Shown: one piece after another, positions 9,855 to 20,245 of the stretch
Position numbering within the stretch: the stretch's first letter is position 1
Layout of the letters: each line of letters starts with the position of its first letter
Made by a program: the position numbers and the translations under genes
Notes under the pieces: generated by a model
The model's input: only the letters and a program-made list of their open reading frames with translations
What the model was told of the DNA's origin: nothing
Databases searched by the model: none
Source: a virus
Lineage: Duplodnaviria > Caudoviricetes
DNA length: 63,968 nt
Direction: 5' to 3' (one strand)
IMG/VR virus record: IMGVR_UViG_3300043443_000209
Coordinates: 1 to 63,968 of that record

Positions 9855-12800
9855 TATGTTAAGTCAGTATTATGAGGAATTAATTTCGATGCTTTCTTAA
9901 TTCCATTATTAATAATTGTTTGATTATTTTGAATTGCAGTAATGGCTGCACTTTCAGATGGAGTAAGACCGCTTGTGCCAGTTTCCACTACGAACACCTT
10001 ATCTCTCCACACAACGTCGATACCACCACCACCTGATGAGTGAACAGGATATGCACCATCAGAACGATAAAGACGAATATTATCTAGTTGTTTGATATTT
10101 GTTGCAGTTGTATTGTCAAGATATAAACTAGCAACATCAACATGATTGATGATATTTGCCGCATCAATAGCCTCGACAGCACCACAGAAATTTCTAATAC
10201 CATCAGCAGTTGTTAATATATATGCACACCAAGAGTAAAGGTCTGCACCATAGAAATCTGAACCAATAATAACATCTACCTCATTATTAACAATGTCTGC
10301 ACTAAATGATGAAATTGTGCTTCCGTCAGTTCCGTATGTTGCATAGACTGTATCATCTTCCTGACTTGCTAGAACAGACCATCCCGCAGCACCTGCAACA
10401 GTGTTTGTTTCGTAACACAATTTGGCAGATAATCCAGATTGATAAGCCAGTCTCACATTAACAACATCTCCTGTAGTGTAATCTGATCCTTCGGTATATG
10501 TTGTAGAATAAGAAGTACCCGGAACAATATCATTATAAACTTCTGTTGCAGTTGTTTCGTTATAAATACGAAGTCTAGAACCAGCGGTAATGTTAGAGAT
10601 TAGAACATCATTAAGAACTGGTGGAGTTCCATATGTACCATCATCAGATTGGAATCTAGTGAAATCTGGGTGAGGAGTTCCTGAGAGATCGATCACGCGA
10701 ACACCACATATTGTGTCTCCTCCAACTTTATGTAAATTACCACGAACTGTTTCATAAGTAGTTCCAACTCTCAACACCATTTCTGGCCAGAAGAAGGGAT
10801 CTTTACCTTGGAATGATGCATCAAGAGATAAATTATAATTCAACCAACGAAGAATTTCTTCCCCACTATTAGAACCTGTATCAGTAATAGTTATGCTATA
10901 ATTTTTAGCACCATCACCAGCATCCCAAGAAATAGGCGCATCGGAATCATCAGTTATAGACACTCCGCTTATTGCGGGATCGCCCAATGTTAGGTTCGAA
11001 ATTTCGACCTCTGGTAGTGCCACCACATAGAATGTTTCTTCAAGAGGACCATAAACATCAACAATACTAGTTTCCGCTTGACGATAACCATTGGTTTGAA
11101 CTTTTAGGTCAAAATAATTTGTATGGTCTATATTACCATGTGATGCGTCCCCGTAGAATTGAACCACTTGGTCAATGTTACCAGTGCTAAGAGCATCTAT
11201 AACTGTCATATTATCGTGATAATACTCCACCTGAGATCCGCCCATAACACCTTGGGATAATACTGCGCAGTATTTTGCAGTAACCACATCACTTGAATTT
11301 AGATACCTAAATCCGTCTCTCTTCAAATATTGAATAGAACCTGATGAAAATTCATGGTCGTGAGTAAGTGTGAATGAGTTTGCACCGAATGGTTCAATTG
11401 GGAATAAAGCGTTTGCGTGTTCGGACTGTGATATCCAAGATTCGATCCAGAATGAATACCAGTTTTGAACTGTTGTTGGAACTGTAACAGTGAATGTTGT
11501 TCCCGACAAACTAGCAGTAGTACCATGAGTCAATCCTGAGGATGTTGCATATGCTCTATCCACGGTTTGTTGAATAGCGACATCAACAGATGTTGTATCA
11601 ATATCTACTCCAGTAACTCTAATCGGCAAATAACCAGTTTTCATTACGGTATAGTCATATGAACCTGCTGCAAGACCGTTTGCGGTTTCTGATGTTCCGC
11701 TAGAGTTTGTTCTAAAGACTTCGGTTTGAGTTCCAGTATTAAACACTACAACTTGAGATCCTGTCACTAAACCAGAGAAATTAAATCCAATCGGGACAAC
11801 ATAATATGTACCATCATCTGCTTGGAATTGAACAAAGTCTGGAACTGCTGTAGTTCCATCGCTTCGAACAACGCGAACACCCTTAGAGGCTGCTCCCGCA
11901 GATCCAAAAAGTCTTCCTCTGGCAGTTTCAAATTGAGAACCGTTGGGAACTATCATTTTAGGCCATGCCATTCCTCTAAATCCGAAGAAAGTATCATTTT
12001 TAGCAATATTCCAATGAATATATTCTGCGATTTGCTCTGCTGTTAAATTATCATTCGATGTTTGAATAGTAATACTAAAATCTTTACCGTTCCATGAAAC
12101 GGGATTTGCCCCATGATTTATTACGGAAATTCCCAAAACACCAAGATCGCCCCCAGAAATAGATGTCCAATCGGTTTGCACTACTGGAATTGTTTGGCTG
12201 GTGTCGGTTATAGTTAATGTGTTTTCGTCTGGTTGATAACCCGCCTTTCGGTGACGAACAACTACACTATAATTACTGCTCCAAGGATTGGTTAAAGTAA
12301 TACTAGTTCCTGTTGATGTTTGATAATCAACTAGATAATCATCACTATCTCTAAAGGAGGCCATTGAAGATCCCGAAACAAGACCAGTATATGTTAATGT
12401 TGGCTCCTCAAGAGGATATTGAACCTGTTGAGAGGATGCATCGGTAAGTGTTGATAACGATATATAAGATATTGCGTTAACTGCTGATGCGGCAATTGTG
12501 GTGGATCTAACTTTTAATTTAAATCCTAAGGTATGATCGATACTAGATTCTGCCGATAGATTTAAAGCATTCAGAGTCTTCCAAGATCCGAACCCACTTC
12601 CATCATTTTTATCTATTTGATACTCATGTGTTAAATTAACACCTGTTCCCACACCACGGACAACTACAGGTAAAGTTGAGAACCCAGTATGACCAATACA
12701 ATAGTATGGAATTGTCCATGTTATTTGATCCCCATAACTAGGCATACTTACTTGACCAGTTGAGGTAAATTTGGGGGTTCCTGATGTTGCAGAGCATTGC

Positions 12801-14752
12801 GTTGAAGTAGAAGATGTTGGTTCATTACAGTGAATTTGTATTCTACCTGTAGTAGATCCTGTAAATGCATCAGTCCAGTGAGTTCCATACACGGCAGTTT
12901 GACCAGCAAGAGAACCTGTCCATCTTCCCCCCTTATGAGTTGTATTTAAAGTTGTAAATGCTTGGGAATCTGCAAAATCTCCCCACACATTTGACACTAC
13001 AAAGTTTGAGTCGGAGTTGGTCTGTGTAAAAGCACCAGTTCTTAAGTTCTGTGCATATAAACGTTGCAGTTTATGACCACTATTATTACCCCCAGAATTT
13101 ACAATTACACCAGTGGGGCTAATTGTTCCAAGATTTATTGGACTTGTAGGTGTTCCCATGTCACGAACAACACAGTTATAACTATCTGTTAAGGATACTA
13201 ATCCGTTATATGGTTGAAGGTTTGCAAGCCCACCATAAGGAAAATAATTATACATTCTGATATTATCACAACCTGCGATAACTCTGTATAAGTATACAGG
13301 GTTGCTTGTTGCAGTATTTCCAGAAATACTATCAGCGTAAGTATTACCAGATAATATAACATTTTGACATTCCGTTAATAGAGTTTCACCGTTTATAAAA
13401 TTGTTACCAATAATTCTAGAATTGTTCGTTCTAACTAAACTCATTGGACCTACTGCTGCGGCTCCTCTAATACCTGCTGCGGTGGAACCAAATAATTCAA
13501 TATTAGTTGAAGAAATGGTAACATTTTCACATGAAGTAATTAATGCACCATATCCGTTGTTGTTTGCAGAAGAATATCTTACTACCCTAGAGTTTACGAT
13601 ATTAGTTCCCGCAAGATTTGAGGTTAGAGTTATTGGATGGGTGGGATCTGTGGTTGAGTTACATCCAATAGCAAAACTATCAATATATATTGGTGTTGCA
13701 CATTCTGAAATGTTAATAGCATGTAGCGTTGATGAGTTAGTAAGTTTTACAGAATATGGTTGTGCAAATGAGTAGTATATATTTGCAGCAGCTTTATCTA
13801 TATCAATAACCCCCGATGATGTTGTTGTGAAATCCCATCTAGTAGCTAGAGTAGCATTGATCGTGTTAGCTTGGAATGAAGATGGAGCAAATGTGTTCGA
13901 AAAATGAACATTTGGACATCTCACTCTTAGTCCAGAAGCAGGTAAATAACCGCAACCGTTAGCTCCTGATGCTGCTATAGTAATCAACCCCGTGGTATTG
14001 CTCATTCCAAAGAACTTACCTCTTATATCATTTGGAACAAATTTACCAGCAACATTCCATCTTGAACCAGCGTTTATCCACCATTCATAAGTATTACTAC
14101 CAACACTAGTCTCAATTTGAATAGCAGGACATGCATCTGCCACATAATATTGAAAAGTTTGGCTACTTAATCCTAAAGTAGTTCCAAGATCAAACCAATC
14201 CCCTGTGACTTTAAATTCTCCAAGACGAGGAACAGTAATCGTGGTGGCTTCCATACCTGTGACATTAAGCCATCCCCTTCGTCCTCCAGTTGGGGAATTT
14301 ACAGTTAAGGATACTCCACCGCTTAGTGTAATAACCTCATTATCGACAAATGGACTTGCTACATTCCTAAGTTTAACAAATCCTGTTGCGGGAACTGCTT
14401 CGCTTGCGGTTAGGGGTCTTGTCGCAAGGGCGGAATAAATACCCAAAAGCTCACCCAATCCCCCAGAAGATCCACTTAGGGTATAAGTTCCCAATGGGGG
14501 AAGAGGGGGGGTAGTTCCTGAACCAGCGTCAAACGGAATCCACCATACAGATGTGCCATCGACAAGGACTTTTCCGCCAGTTGCGGAATCAATTGTAAGG
14601 TTTCCTATTACAGCAGCTTGTTGGCTATACCTATTATCGGAGTTGATTGTAAGGATGGCTCCATTATTAATAGTCACGGTTTCTCCGTGATTCAAAGCTA
14701 AGTTGGCTGTTGAGTCTAAATTGCTAGTTGTTGATACTGTAATGTTAGCCAT
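9854..14752 (-). CDS. Very large virion structural protein (beta-helix-like region plus duplicated C-terminal domains)
   Basis: 1632 aa, S/T/G/N-rich; beta-helix-like stretch (ITSCENVTISS, LTECQNVILSGN); two copies of a GVRV..G..PDF..FQ.DDGTY domain. Confidence 0.75.
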   Translation of the reverse strand: MANITVSTTSNLDSTANLALNHGETVTINNGAILTINSDNRYSQQAAVIGNLTIDSATGGKVLVDGTSVWWIPFDAGSGTTPPLPPLGTYTLSGSSGGLGELLGIYSALATRPLTASEAVPATGFVKLRNVASPFVDNEVITLSGGVSLTVNSPTGGRRGWLNVTGMEATTITVPRLGEFKVTGDWFDLGTTLGLSSQTFQYYVADACPAIQIETSVGSNTYEWWINAGSRWNVAGKFVPNDIRGKFFGMSNTTGLITIAASGANGCGYLPASGLRVRCPNVHFSNTFAPSSFQANTINATLATRWDFTTTSSGVIDIDKAAANIYYSFAQPYSVKLTNSSTLHAINISECATPIYIDSFAIGCNSTTDPTHPITLTSNLAGTNIVNSRVVRYSSANNNGYGALITSCENVTISSTNIELFGSTAAGIRGAAAVGPMSLVRTNNSRIIGNNFINGETLLTECQNVILSGNTYADSISGNTATSNPVYLYRVIAGCDNIRMYNYFPYGGLANLQPYNGLVSLTDSYNCVVRDMGTPTSPINLGTISPTGVIVNSGGNNSGHKLQRLYAQNLRTGAFTQTNSDSNFVVSNVWGDFADSQAFTTLNTTHKGGRWTGSLAGQTAVYGTHWTDAFTGSTTGRIQIHCNEPTSSTSTQCSATSGTPKFTSTGQVSMPSYGDQITWTIPYYCIGHTGFSTLPVVVRGVGTGVNLTHEYQIDKNDGSGFGSWKTLNALNLSAESSIDHTLGFKLKVRSTTIAASAVNAISYISLSTLTDASSQQVQYPLEEPTLTYTGLVSGSSMASFRDSDDYLVDYQTSTGTSITLTNPWSSNYSVVVRHRKAGYQPDENTLTITDTSQTIPVVQTDWTSISGGDLGVLGISVINHGANPVSWNGKDFSITIQTSNDNLTAEQIAEYIHWNIAKNDTFFGFRGMAWPKMIVPNGSQFETARGRLFGSAGAASKGVRVVRSDGTTAVPDFVQFQADDGTYYVVPIGFNFSGLVTGSQVVVFNTGTQTEVFRTNSSGTSETANGLAAGSYDYTVMKTGYLPIRVTGVDIDTTSVDVAIQQTVDRAYATSSGLTHGTTASLSGTTFTVTVPTTVQNWYSFWIESWISQSEHANALFPIEPFGANSFTLTHDHEFSSGSIQYLKRDGFRYLNSSDVVTAKYCAVLSQGVMGGSQVEYYHDNMTVIDALSTGNIDQVVQFYGDASHGNIDHTNYFDLKVQTNGYRQAETSIVDVYGPLEETFYVVALPEVEISNLTLGDPAISGVSITDDSDAPISWDAGDGAKNYSITITDTGSNSGEEILRWLNYNLSLDASFQGKDPFFWPEMVLRVGTTYETVRGNLHKVGGDTICGVRVIDLSGTPHPDFTRFQSDDGTYGTPPVLNDVLISNITAGSRLRIYNETTATEVYNDIVPGTSYSTTYTEGSDYTTGDVVNVRLAYQSGLSAKLCYETNTVAGAAGWSVLASQEDDTVYATYGTDGSTISSFSADIVNNEVDVIIGSDFYGADLYSWCAYILTTADGIRNFCGAVEAIDAANIINHVDVASLYLDNTTATNIKQLDNIRLYRSDGAYPVHSSGGGGIDVVWRDKVFVVETGTSGLTPSESAAITAIQNNQTIINNGIKKASKLIPHNTDLT

Positions 14753-14771
14753 GTGTTATGTGTGTTAATAT

Positions 14772-17700
14772 TTATATAGCCTGTCCTCTTATTGCAACTA
14801 CATTTGACAATACTGGATTGTTGAAAGTAGCATAAAAAATATCTTCTAAACTATTATAAATGTTTGGAACATATCTATAATATATTGTACTGCCATAAAT
14901 GTATCTATAAACATCTCCAGCACTTAAAGAGGCACTTAATGTTGGTTCGGTTGTCCATGAGTTTGCTAAATTGAGCCATGATGCGGGGAACGTTTCTGTT
15001 AAAACTGGTTCAGTGTTTGGAGCTATAATAGTAGCAATTGATCCGTTAGAAATAGCACTAGTAAATGTTATTATATTATTATTAATAGTATAATCAACTT
15101 CTGGGGTCTGAACGACACCATCTATAGATACTCTCAAGGCGGAAGAATTATTCAAATTATCTGCTCCAGAAATTGTAAACACGGTAGTAATACCGTTACC
15201 AACCAAAATAGAGGTTACAGGGTTAGATGCAGCACCCCCCCACAATGCACTATTATTAAGAACTGTAGTATAGGTAGAGTCCCAATTAGCACTACTTGCT
15301 CTAACCTTTAAAGAAGCATAGGTATCATCCCCACCACCAGTCCCCCACGCTGAACTATTAGCAAGAACAGTAGTATAAGTAGATTGCCAGCCCACACTAA
15401 GGGTATTAACTGTAACATATGTAGAGTTCCAGCTTGCACTATTGGGAGCAACATCGGTATAAACATTTTCCCACCTGTTACTTAAATTGTAAACAGTAAG
15501 GTTAGTAGAATCCCAAGCACCACTTCTAGTGTTGGTTGTGCTGTAAGCACTATTCCAATTGGTACTTAAAGAGTTTACTGTATTATTAGTAGCATCCCAT
15601 GCAGACATTCTTGCATAGGTGTTCTCCCAATTGTTACTAAGATTATAAACAGTAAGGTTTGTTGAATCCCATACACCACTTCTAGTGTTGACAGTGTTAT
15701 ATGTGCTATTCCAGTTAGAACTTAAAGCGTTTACGGTATTGTTGGTGGAGTCCCATGCAGATAATCTAGCATAAGCATTTTCCCATCCATTGCTCAAATT
15801 GTATACAGTAAGATTTGTGGAATCCCATGCACCACTTCTAGTATTAACAGTATTATAAGCACTCTGCCAGTTGCTACTAAAGCTGTTTACTGTGTTATTA
15901 GTAGAATCCCATGCCGACATTCTTACATAAGTATTTTCCCATCTGCTACTCAATGTATTAACGGTTACATGAGTGGAGTTCCACTGTGTCGGATGCACAT
16001 TATTCCATGTGCTTAGGGAAGAATTGTAAGATAAAATATCGCCATTTGTTAGTGATGAGAGGCTAACATCATGAAGATATGATAGTCCTTCTCCCGTATC
16101 TACGTGAACCAATAAAATTCCTTGGGTGGCATGATTAGATACAACTTCTCCAATTCTTATACTATGATATGGAGTAGATGGTTCTACATTTGTTAATGTT
16201 CCTGCACTAAGGGCAAGATATAATATGTCACCATCGGCAAATTGACTAAGATTTAAATCACGAACCAATCCGAAAGTGGTCACATAACCATTATTATTAT
16301 TGCCAATATTTTGTGTTGTGACACCGATTGTTTTGTGTACTGCATCAAAGGAGTTGAGGTCTACCACATCAATCGTGGGTCTGTTTCCTTGTGCGCCATT
16401 AATATAAACTACTCTTCCATTTGGAATGTCCGCACCAGTCTTATTAACAACACGGACCCACATCTCTTGACCAATCTGAAGTGCAACTCCTGCTTGATCG
16501 GCATATAAACTAAGGGTCTTATCATCCGAATCGTAGAATAACATCCCCTCTTCATATGTGGGAGCAGATGTAAGAGGATGAAAATGCATGTGATACACAT
16601 GCATTGTGGATACAGGATTAGTATGTGTTCCAATTGTTGGGGTTTGAATTAAATTAGAAACACTTAAATTACCAACGATTGTGGAATCTCCCGTTACAGT
16701 AAACCCAGACAATTCATATTGTTTGATGTCGATTACAGTAATATTTGCTGAAAGAGCATACAGATTGGTAACAGATAGACTATTTGTTACCACCAAATCA
16801 CCAACGATTGTTCCGCCTGATAGTCGAAGATAATCATTTAATCCCCAAGAATCCGAAAGATTATAAACCGTGAGGTTAGTGGAATCCCATGCTGACATTC
16901 TTGCATAGGTGTTATCCCAATTAGCAGAAGATGCTCTAACCTTTAGAGATGCATAGGTATCATCACTACTACCTCCCCACGAAGCACTATTATTAAGAAC
17001 TGTAGTATAAGTTGATTGCCAATCAGAACTCAATGCTCTAACTGTAGCATTAACATTTGCGTCACCACTACCACCACCCCAACCAGAACTTAAATTAAGG
17101 ACTGTAATGTATGTAGAATCCCAATTTGCAGATGATGCACGAATCTTTGTGGTTGCTGCTGTATCTCCACTACCCCCTGCTATACCAAGATATTGTGATG
17201 CACTTATAGAACCAGTGATAACAAGATCACCTTCCATAAGACCACCATTAGCGAACTGTTTAGCATTTGTACCACCACCAGATGAGTAGATGCTGACATA
17301 TTTTCTAAGTCTTACCACTTCATCATCAATCTTAGTTTTGATCTTCTTATCAAAATCCTTAATGAGATCCTCCTCTTTGATGGACTTTGTTTCTCCCTTA
17401 GATTCAACGATGTATTCGATGCTCTTGATTCCATCTTTATAAGATTTAACTTCTTCCAGAAGGGCATCTCTCGTCTCCTGAATCTGATCGGCAATATATT
17501 TTCTAGTTTCTTCAGTAAGTTCTAAAGTCTTTTCTTCCAGATTTTTAAGTTCTTCTGTGTAGAAATCCTTAATCTTCTTTTCTGAACTATTGAGTTTATC
17601 ATACAGTTCGATGTGTCCTTCAACAACCACATCTACTCTATTACCTAAATTTTTACTTACATCCTCAAATCTAGTTCCGATAGTCTTTACCTTATTCCCA

Positions 17701-18533
17701 AAATCCTTTTCAATGTTATCAACTCTATCGATAACACTTTCCTTAATATCCTTAAGTTCTTCCGCGATCTTTGGAGTTAGGCTAGAGTATATACTCTGAA
17801 CTAACTCATCCAATTTTTCTTTGATGATCTTCGATGAATTTCTTAAGTCTCTATCTAAATTTTCCTTTAGGGAGTTTGCGACATCTTCAATCTTATTATC
17901 AATAGTCTTATTAATCTCCTCAAACCTAGAGTCATTAATATTAATAACATCTTTCTTAATTTTATTTGACAGATTAACAAATTCATTAACCAGATTCTCC
18001 TTGGCAGAATTTAATGTCTTCTTAAAGATTCTTACCTTTTCTGCCTTCTCTTCACGCAGAGCATCTAATTTATGCTGTTGCTCTAATTGAATCTGTTTAA
18101 GAGCTTCTTTCTTGGCTTTTTGAATCTGCTCAAGAACCACATCCTTATTATCAACAATGGGAAGAACGGGTTGTCTTTCCTCTTCTTCAACTTTTTTCAG
18201 ACATTCATCCAAAATAGTTGTCTCTTCTTCGATTGTTATCTGTTCGTTGACAATTTCTACATCCCCATCATAAGAATTGTTCTCATTGAAGATTATTGAA
18301 GGGGAACCCTTGGAAAGCACAAATGGGTAGTTTTTCTTAACTTTTCCATTATCAATGGGAACCAAAACTACAGGTTTGCCCTCATATTCGGAAACTTTCT
18401 CCGCTAAATATTTGCCATTATTGAGTTCTATTTCGAAAACGTTAAAAAATACCTCTTCAAAATTCTTAACTGTTAAAAAGTTAATGGGAGAAGTGGTATT
18501 AATTGGGGAAAACTTTTCTTCGAAAATTCTCAT
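14772..18533 (-). CDS. Large virion protein: charged coiled-coil N-terminus plus Trp-periodic repeat fibre
   Basis: 1253 aa; about 410 aa of E/K coiled coil, a GGGTNAKQFANGG hinge, the same repeats as 6186-9854, and a C-terminal GNGITTVFTI..VSIDGVVQTP..DYTI module typical of T4-like fibre proteins. Confidence 0.78.
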   Translation of the reverse strand: MRIFEEKFSPINTTSPINFLTVKNFEEVFFNVFEIELNNGKYLAEKVSEYEGKPVVLVPIDNGKVKKNYPFVLSKGSPSIIFNENNSYDGDVEIVNEQITIEEETTILDECLKKVEEEERQPVLPIVDNKDVVLEQIQKAKKEALKQIQLEQQHKLDALREEKAEKVRIFKKTLNSAKENLVNEFVNLSNKIKKDVININDSRFEEINKTIDNKIEDVANSLKENLDRDLRNSSKIIKEKLDELVQSIYSSLTPKIAEELKDIKESVIDRVDNIEKDFGNKVKTIGTRFEDVSKNLGNRVDVVVEGHIELYDKLNSSEKKIKDFYTEELKNLEEKTLELTEETRKYIADQIQETRDALLEEVKSYKDGIKSIEYIVESKGETKSIKEEDLIKDFDKKIKTKIDDEVVRLRKYVSIYSSGGGTNAKQFANGGLMEGDLVITGSISASQYLGIAGGSGDTAATTKIRASSANWDSTYITVLNLSSGWGGGSGDANVNATVRALSSDWQSTYTTVLNNSASWGGSSDDTYASLKVRASSANWDNTYARMSAWDSTNLTVYNLSDSWGLNDYLRLSGGTIVGDLVVTNSLSVTNLYALSANITVIDIKQYELSGFTVTGDSTIVGNLSVSNLIQTPTIGTHTNPVSTMHVYHMHFHPLTSAPTYEEGMLFYDSDDKTLSLYADQAGVALQIGQEMWVRVVNKTGADIPNGRVVYINGAQGNRPTIDVVDLNSFDAVHKTIGVTTQNIGNNNNGYVTTFGLVRDLNLSQFADGDILYLALSAGTLTNVEPSTPYHSIRIGEVVSNHATQGILLVHVDTGEGLSYLHDVSLSSLTNGDILSYNSSLSTWNNVHPTQWNSTHVTVNTLSSRWENTYVRMSAWDSTNNTVNSFSSNWQSAYNTVNTRSGAWDSTNLTVYNLSNGWENAYARLSAWDSTNNTVNALSSNWNSTYNTVNTRSGVWDSTNLTVYNLSNNWENTYARMSAWDATNNTVNSLSTNWNSAYSTTNTRSGAWDSTNLTVYNLSNRWENVYTDVAPNSASWNSTYVTVNTLSVGWQSTYTTVLANSSAWGTGGGDDTYASLKVRASSANWDSTYTTVLNNSALWGGAASNPVTSILVGNGITTVFTISGADNLNNSSALRVSIDGVVQTPEVDYTINNNIITFTSAISNGSIATIIAPNTEPVLTETFPASWLNLANSWTTEPTLSASLSAGDVYRYIYGSTIYYRYVPNIYNSLEDIFYATFNNPVLSNVVAIRGQAI
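15250..17160 (-). repeat. Second coding array of the same Trp-periodic repeats
   Basis: DNA blocks nearly identical to those at 6630-9650 (e.g. 15781-15940 versus 7140-7340). Confidence 0.8.
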
Positions 18534-18542
18534 TTATCTTAT

Positions 18543-19052
18543 TTACCCCCAAGATTCACAAGTCAACGAAGAATAGGCATCATATTTGTGTCTTGGGAAG
18601 AATTTAGTTCCCAATCTTACCCCAAAATAGTATATTGCTCTCAACGGAAATTTGCTAAGTTTAAGTATTTCTTTGAAAATGTGATCGATTTGATCCCTTT
18701 TTAATGGAAAGTGTTGTGTTTTATGGAATTGTAGAAGTATATCATGAACTAATGAGGCGAAAATTGTTTTCTCAAAATCCGGGGTTCCCCACCAGATTCC
18801 GAACCATATTTTGGGAGAACAACCGTTCCAAGCATATCCCTTTTTAATAGTTATAATGTTGTCAAAAATCATCATCCAACATTTACCCTTAGAGTCTAAA
18901 AAGTAATAATGTTTATTGTCTGTAAACAGGGGAGATTTAAACTTAACTCTGATGGTCCTATTGGTAGCATAACGATACCTATTTCCAGATTTTTCTGGAT
19001 CTAACTCACAAAAATCTATACCTTTTTCGAATTTTGGTAGTCTTGATATCAT
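18543..19052 (-). CDS. DUF1353-like protein
   Basis: ITIKKGYAWNGCS...ASLVHDIL...DHIF..IL...YYFGVRL pattern. Confidence 0.65.
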   Translation of the reverse strand: MISRLPKFEKGIDFCELDPEKSGNRYRYATNRTIRVKFKSPLFTDNKHYYFLDSKGKCWMMIFDNIITIKKGYAWNGCSPKIWFGIWWGTPDFEKTIFASLVHDILLQFHKTQHFPLKRDQIDHIFKEILKLSKFPLRAIYYFGVRLGTKFFPRHKYDAYSSLTCESWG

Positions 19053-20197
19053 TATCTTACAAACATCATTATTGGTTCCACATCACCATAACCACCTTCA
19101 ATTAATCTTGTTTCAAGGGCTTCTTTTTCTGCAAGACCTTCCTGTAGAATTGGTTCACCATTTAAGGTTCCTCCTCCAAGAAGTGTAGTTCCCGTGATCT
19201 TAGTCAGGATTCTTCCCCACATCACTTTAGCTAGGGCTACAGAGTATTCAAGCACCCACTTTTCCTTAATAATGTCTCTTAGTGGTCTTTCAACATAACA
19301 CTCCAATACTCCCACAAAATGATGGGTATCGGTAGGTTGGGGGTAAAATTTTAGATATTGTGTCCTATTATCGAAATGTATATCTCGTCTAATTGCTAGG
19401 AGTTTTTCTCTAGTATTTTGCCAATCTTTGACAACATGCCATGAAAGAAGGTCAAATCCGAAGTTGCCCATTGCGTAGCTATAGAAGGTCTGTTGGGCCA
19501 ATGTCTGTTCCAATGAGAACAAACTATTGATACCTGAACTGGTTCCTTCTTGAAAGTCGATAACATCAACAACCTTACGATAATCCATAATATCATAGTC
19601 AAATGCGTTATTAAACTTAGTAACACCTGTCTGTGGTTGACATTGAATTGTGAAGTTTTGTTTGGCAACTGTTCTAAAGACAGCAGATAATCCAGCATCA
19701 AATGTTGTTAGGGATGCATAAGATGATTTATCAAGAATCTGCATTGCGGTAATTCCCTCTGTGGGAATAGATGCAGATAATGCAGAAGATCCTAAGAAGT
19801 AACTGTAGGATAGGTCTGATAGTAAAATATATTTTGTATCAATCAAATCAACTTCAAAGTCTGGACTTGAGTGGGTAGAAGCTTCAAGTTTTTCAGCAAG
19901 GGTAAATCCAGTATTTACCGCAGTGAATAAGTGATCCAATCTAATCCCCCTATCAGTCTCATAGATGTCAGAATCAAACACCAAATACTCTTTTGTATAT
20001 CCAGCATACTTTGTAAAGAACTCACATGACATTGCAATAGCATCGTAAAGTTGGTCTGGATGGAGTTCCACATTAACCATAGGATGACCCAACATTCGTA
20101 ATACTCTAGCCCCTAACTCTTGAAAACATTGAATTTTTGAATTCAAGTTAGTGGACATAAATGCCGTAATCGGGGTAATTGTGCAAAGCTCTGACAT
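19052..20197 (-). CDS. gp13: Neck protein (gp13-like) with an internal insertion
   Basis: LRMLGHPMVNVEL...QL.DAI, WVLEYSVALAKVMWGRILTK..G.TLLGGGTLNG..ILQEG..E. Confidence 0.9.
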   Translation of the reverse strand: MSELCTITPITAFMSTNLNSKIQCFQELGARVLRMLGHPMVNVELHPDQLYDAIAMSCEFFTKYAGYTKEYLVFDSDIYETDRGIRLDHLFTAVNTGFTLAEKLEASTHSSPDFEVDLIDTKYILLSDLSYSYFLGSSALSASIPTEGITAMQILDKSSYASLTTFDAGLSAVFRTVAKQNFTIQCQPQTGVTKFNNAFDYDIMDYRKVVDVIDFQEGTSSGINSLFSLEQTLAQQTFYSYAMGNFGFDLLSWHVVKDWQNTREKLLAIRRDIHFDNRTQYLKFYPQPTDTHHFVGVLECYVERPLRDIIKEKWVLEYSVALAKVMWGRILTKITGTTLLGGGTLNGEPILQEGLAEKEALETRLIEGGYGDVEPIMMFVR

Positions 20198-20245
20198 AAT
20201 ACTAAAATTATTTAGTCTATTGGTTAAATATATCTGTAAGTAGTT

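Noticed and set aside
6630-17160. Repeat arrays as a CRISPR array
   Set aside because: The repeats are in frame, vary mainly at third codon positions and have no unique spacers; no cas genes are present.
6186-18533. Shared repeats as a diversity-generating retroelement (TR/VR pair)
   Set aside because: No reverse transcriptase in the window, both copies are coding, and the differences do not look adenine-specific.
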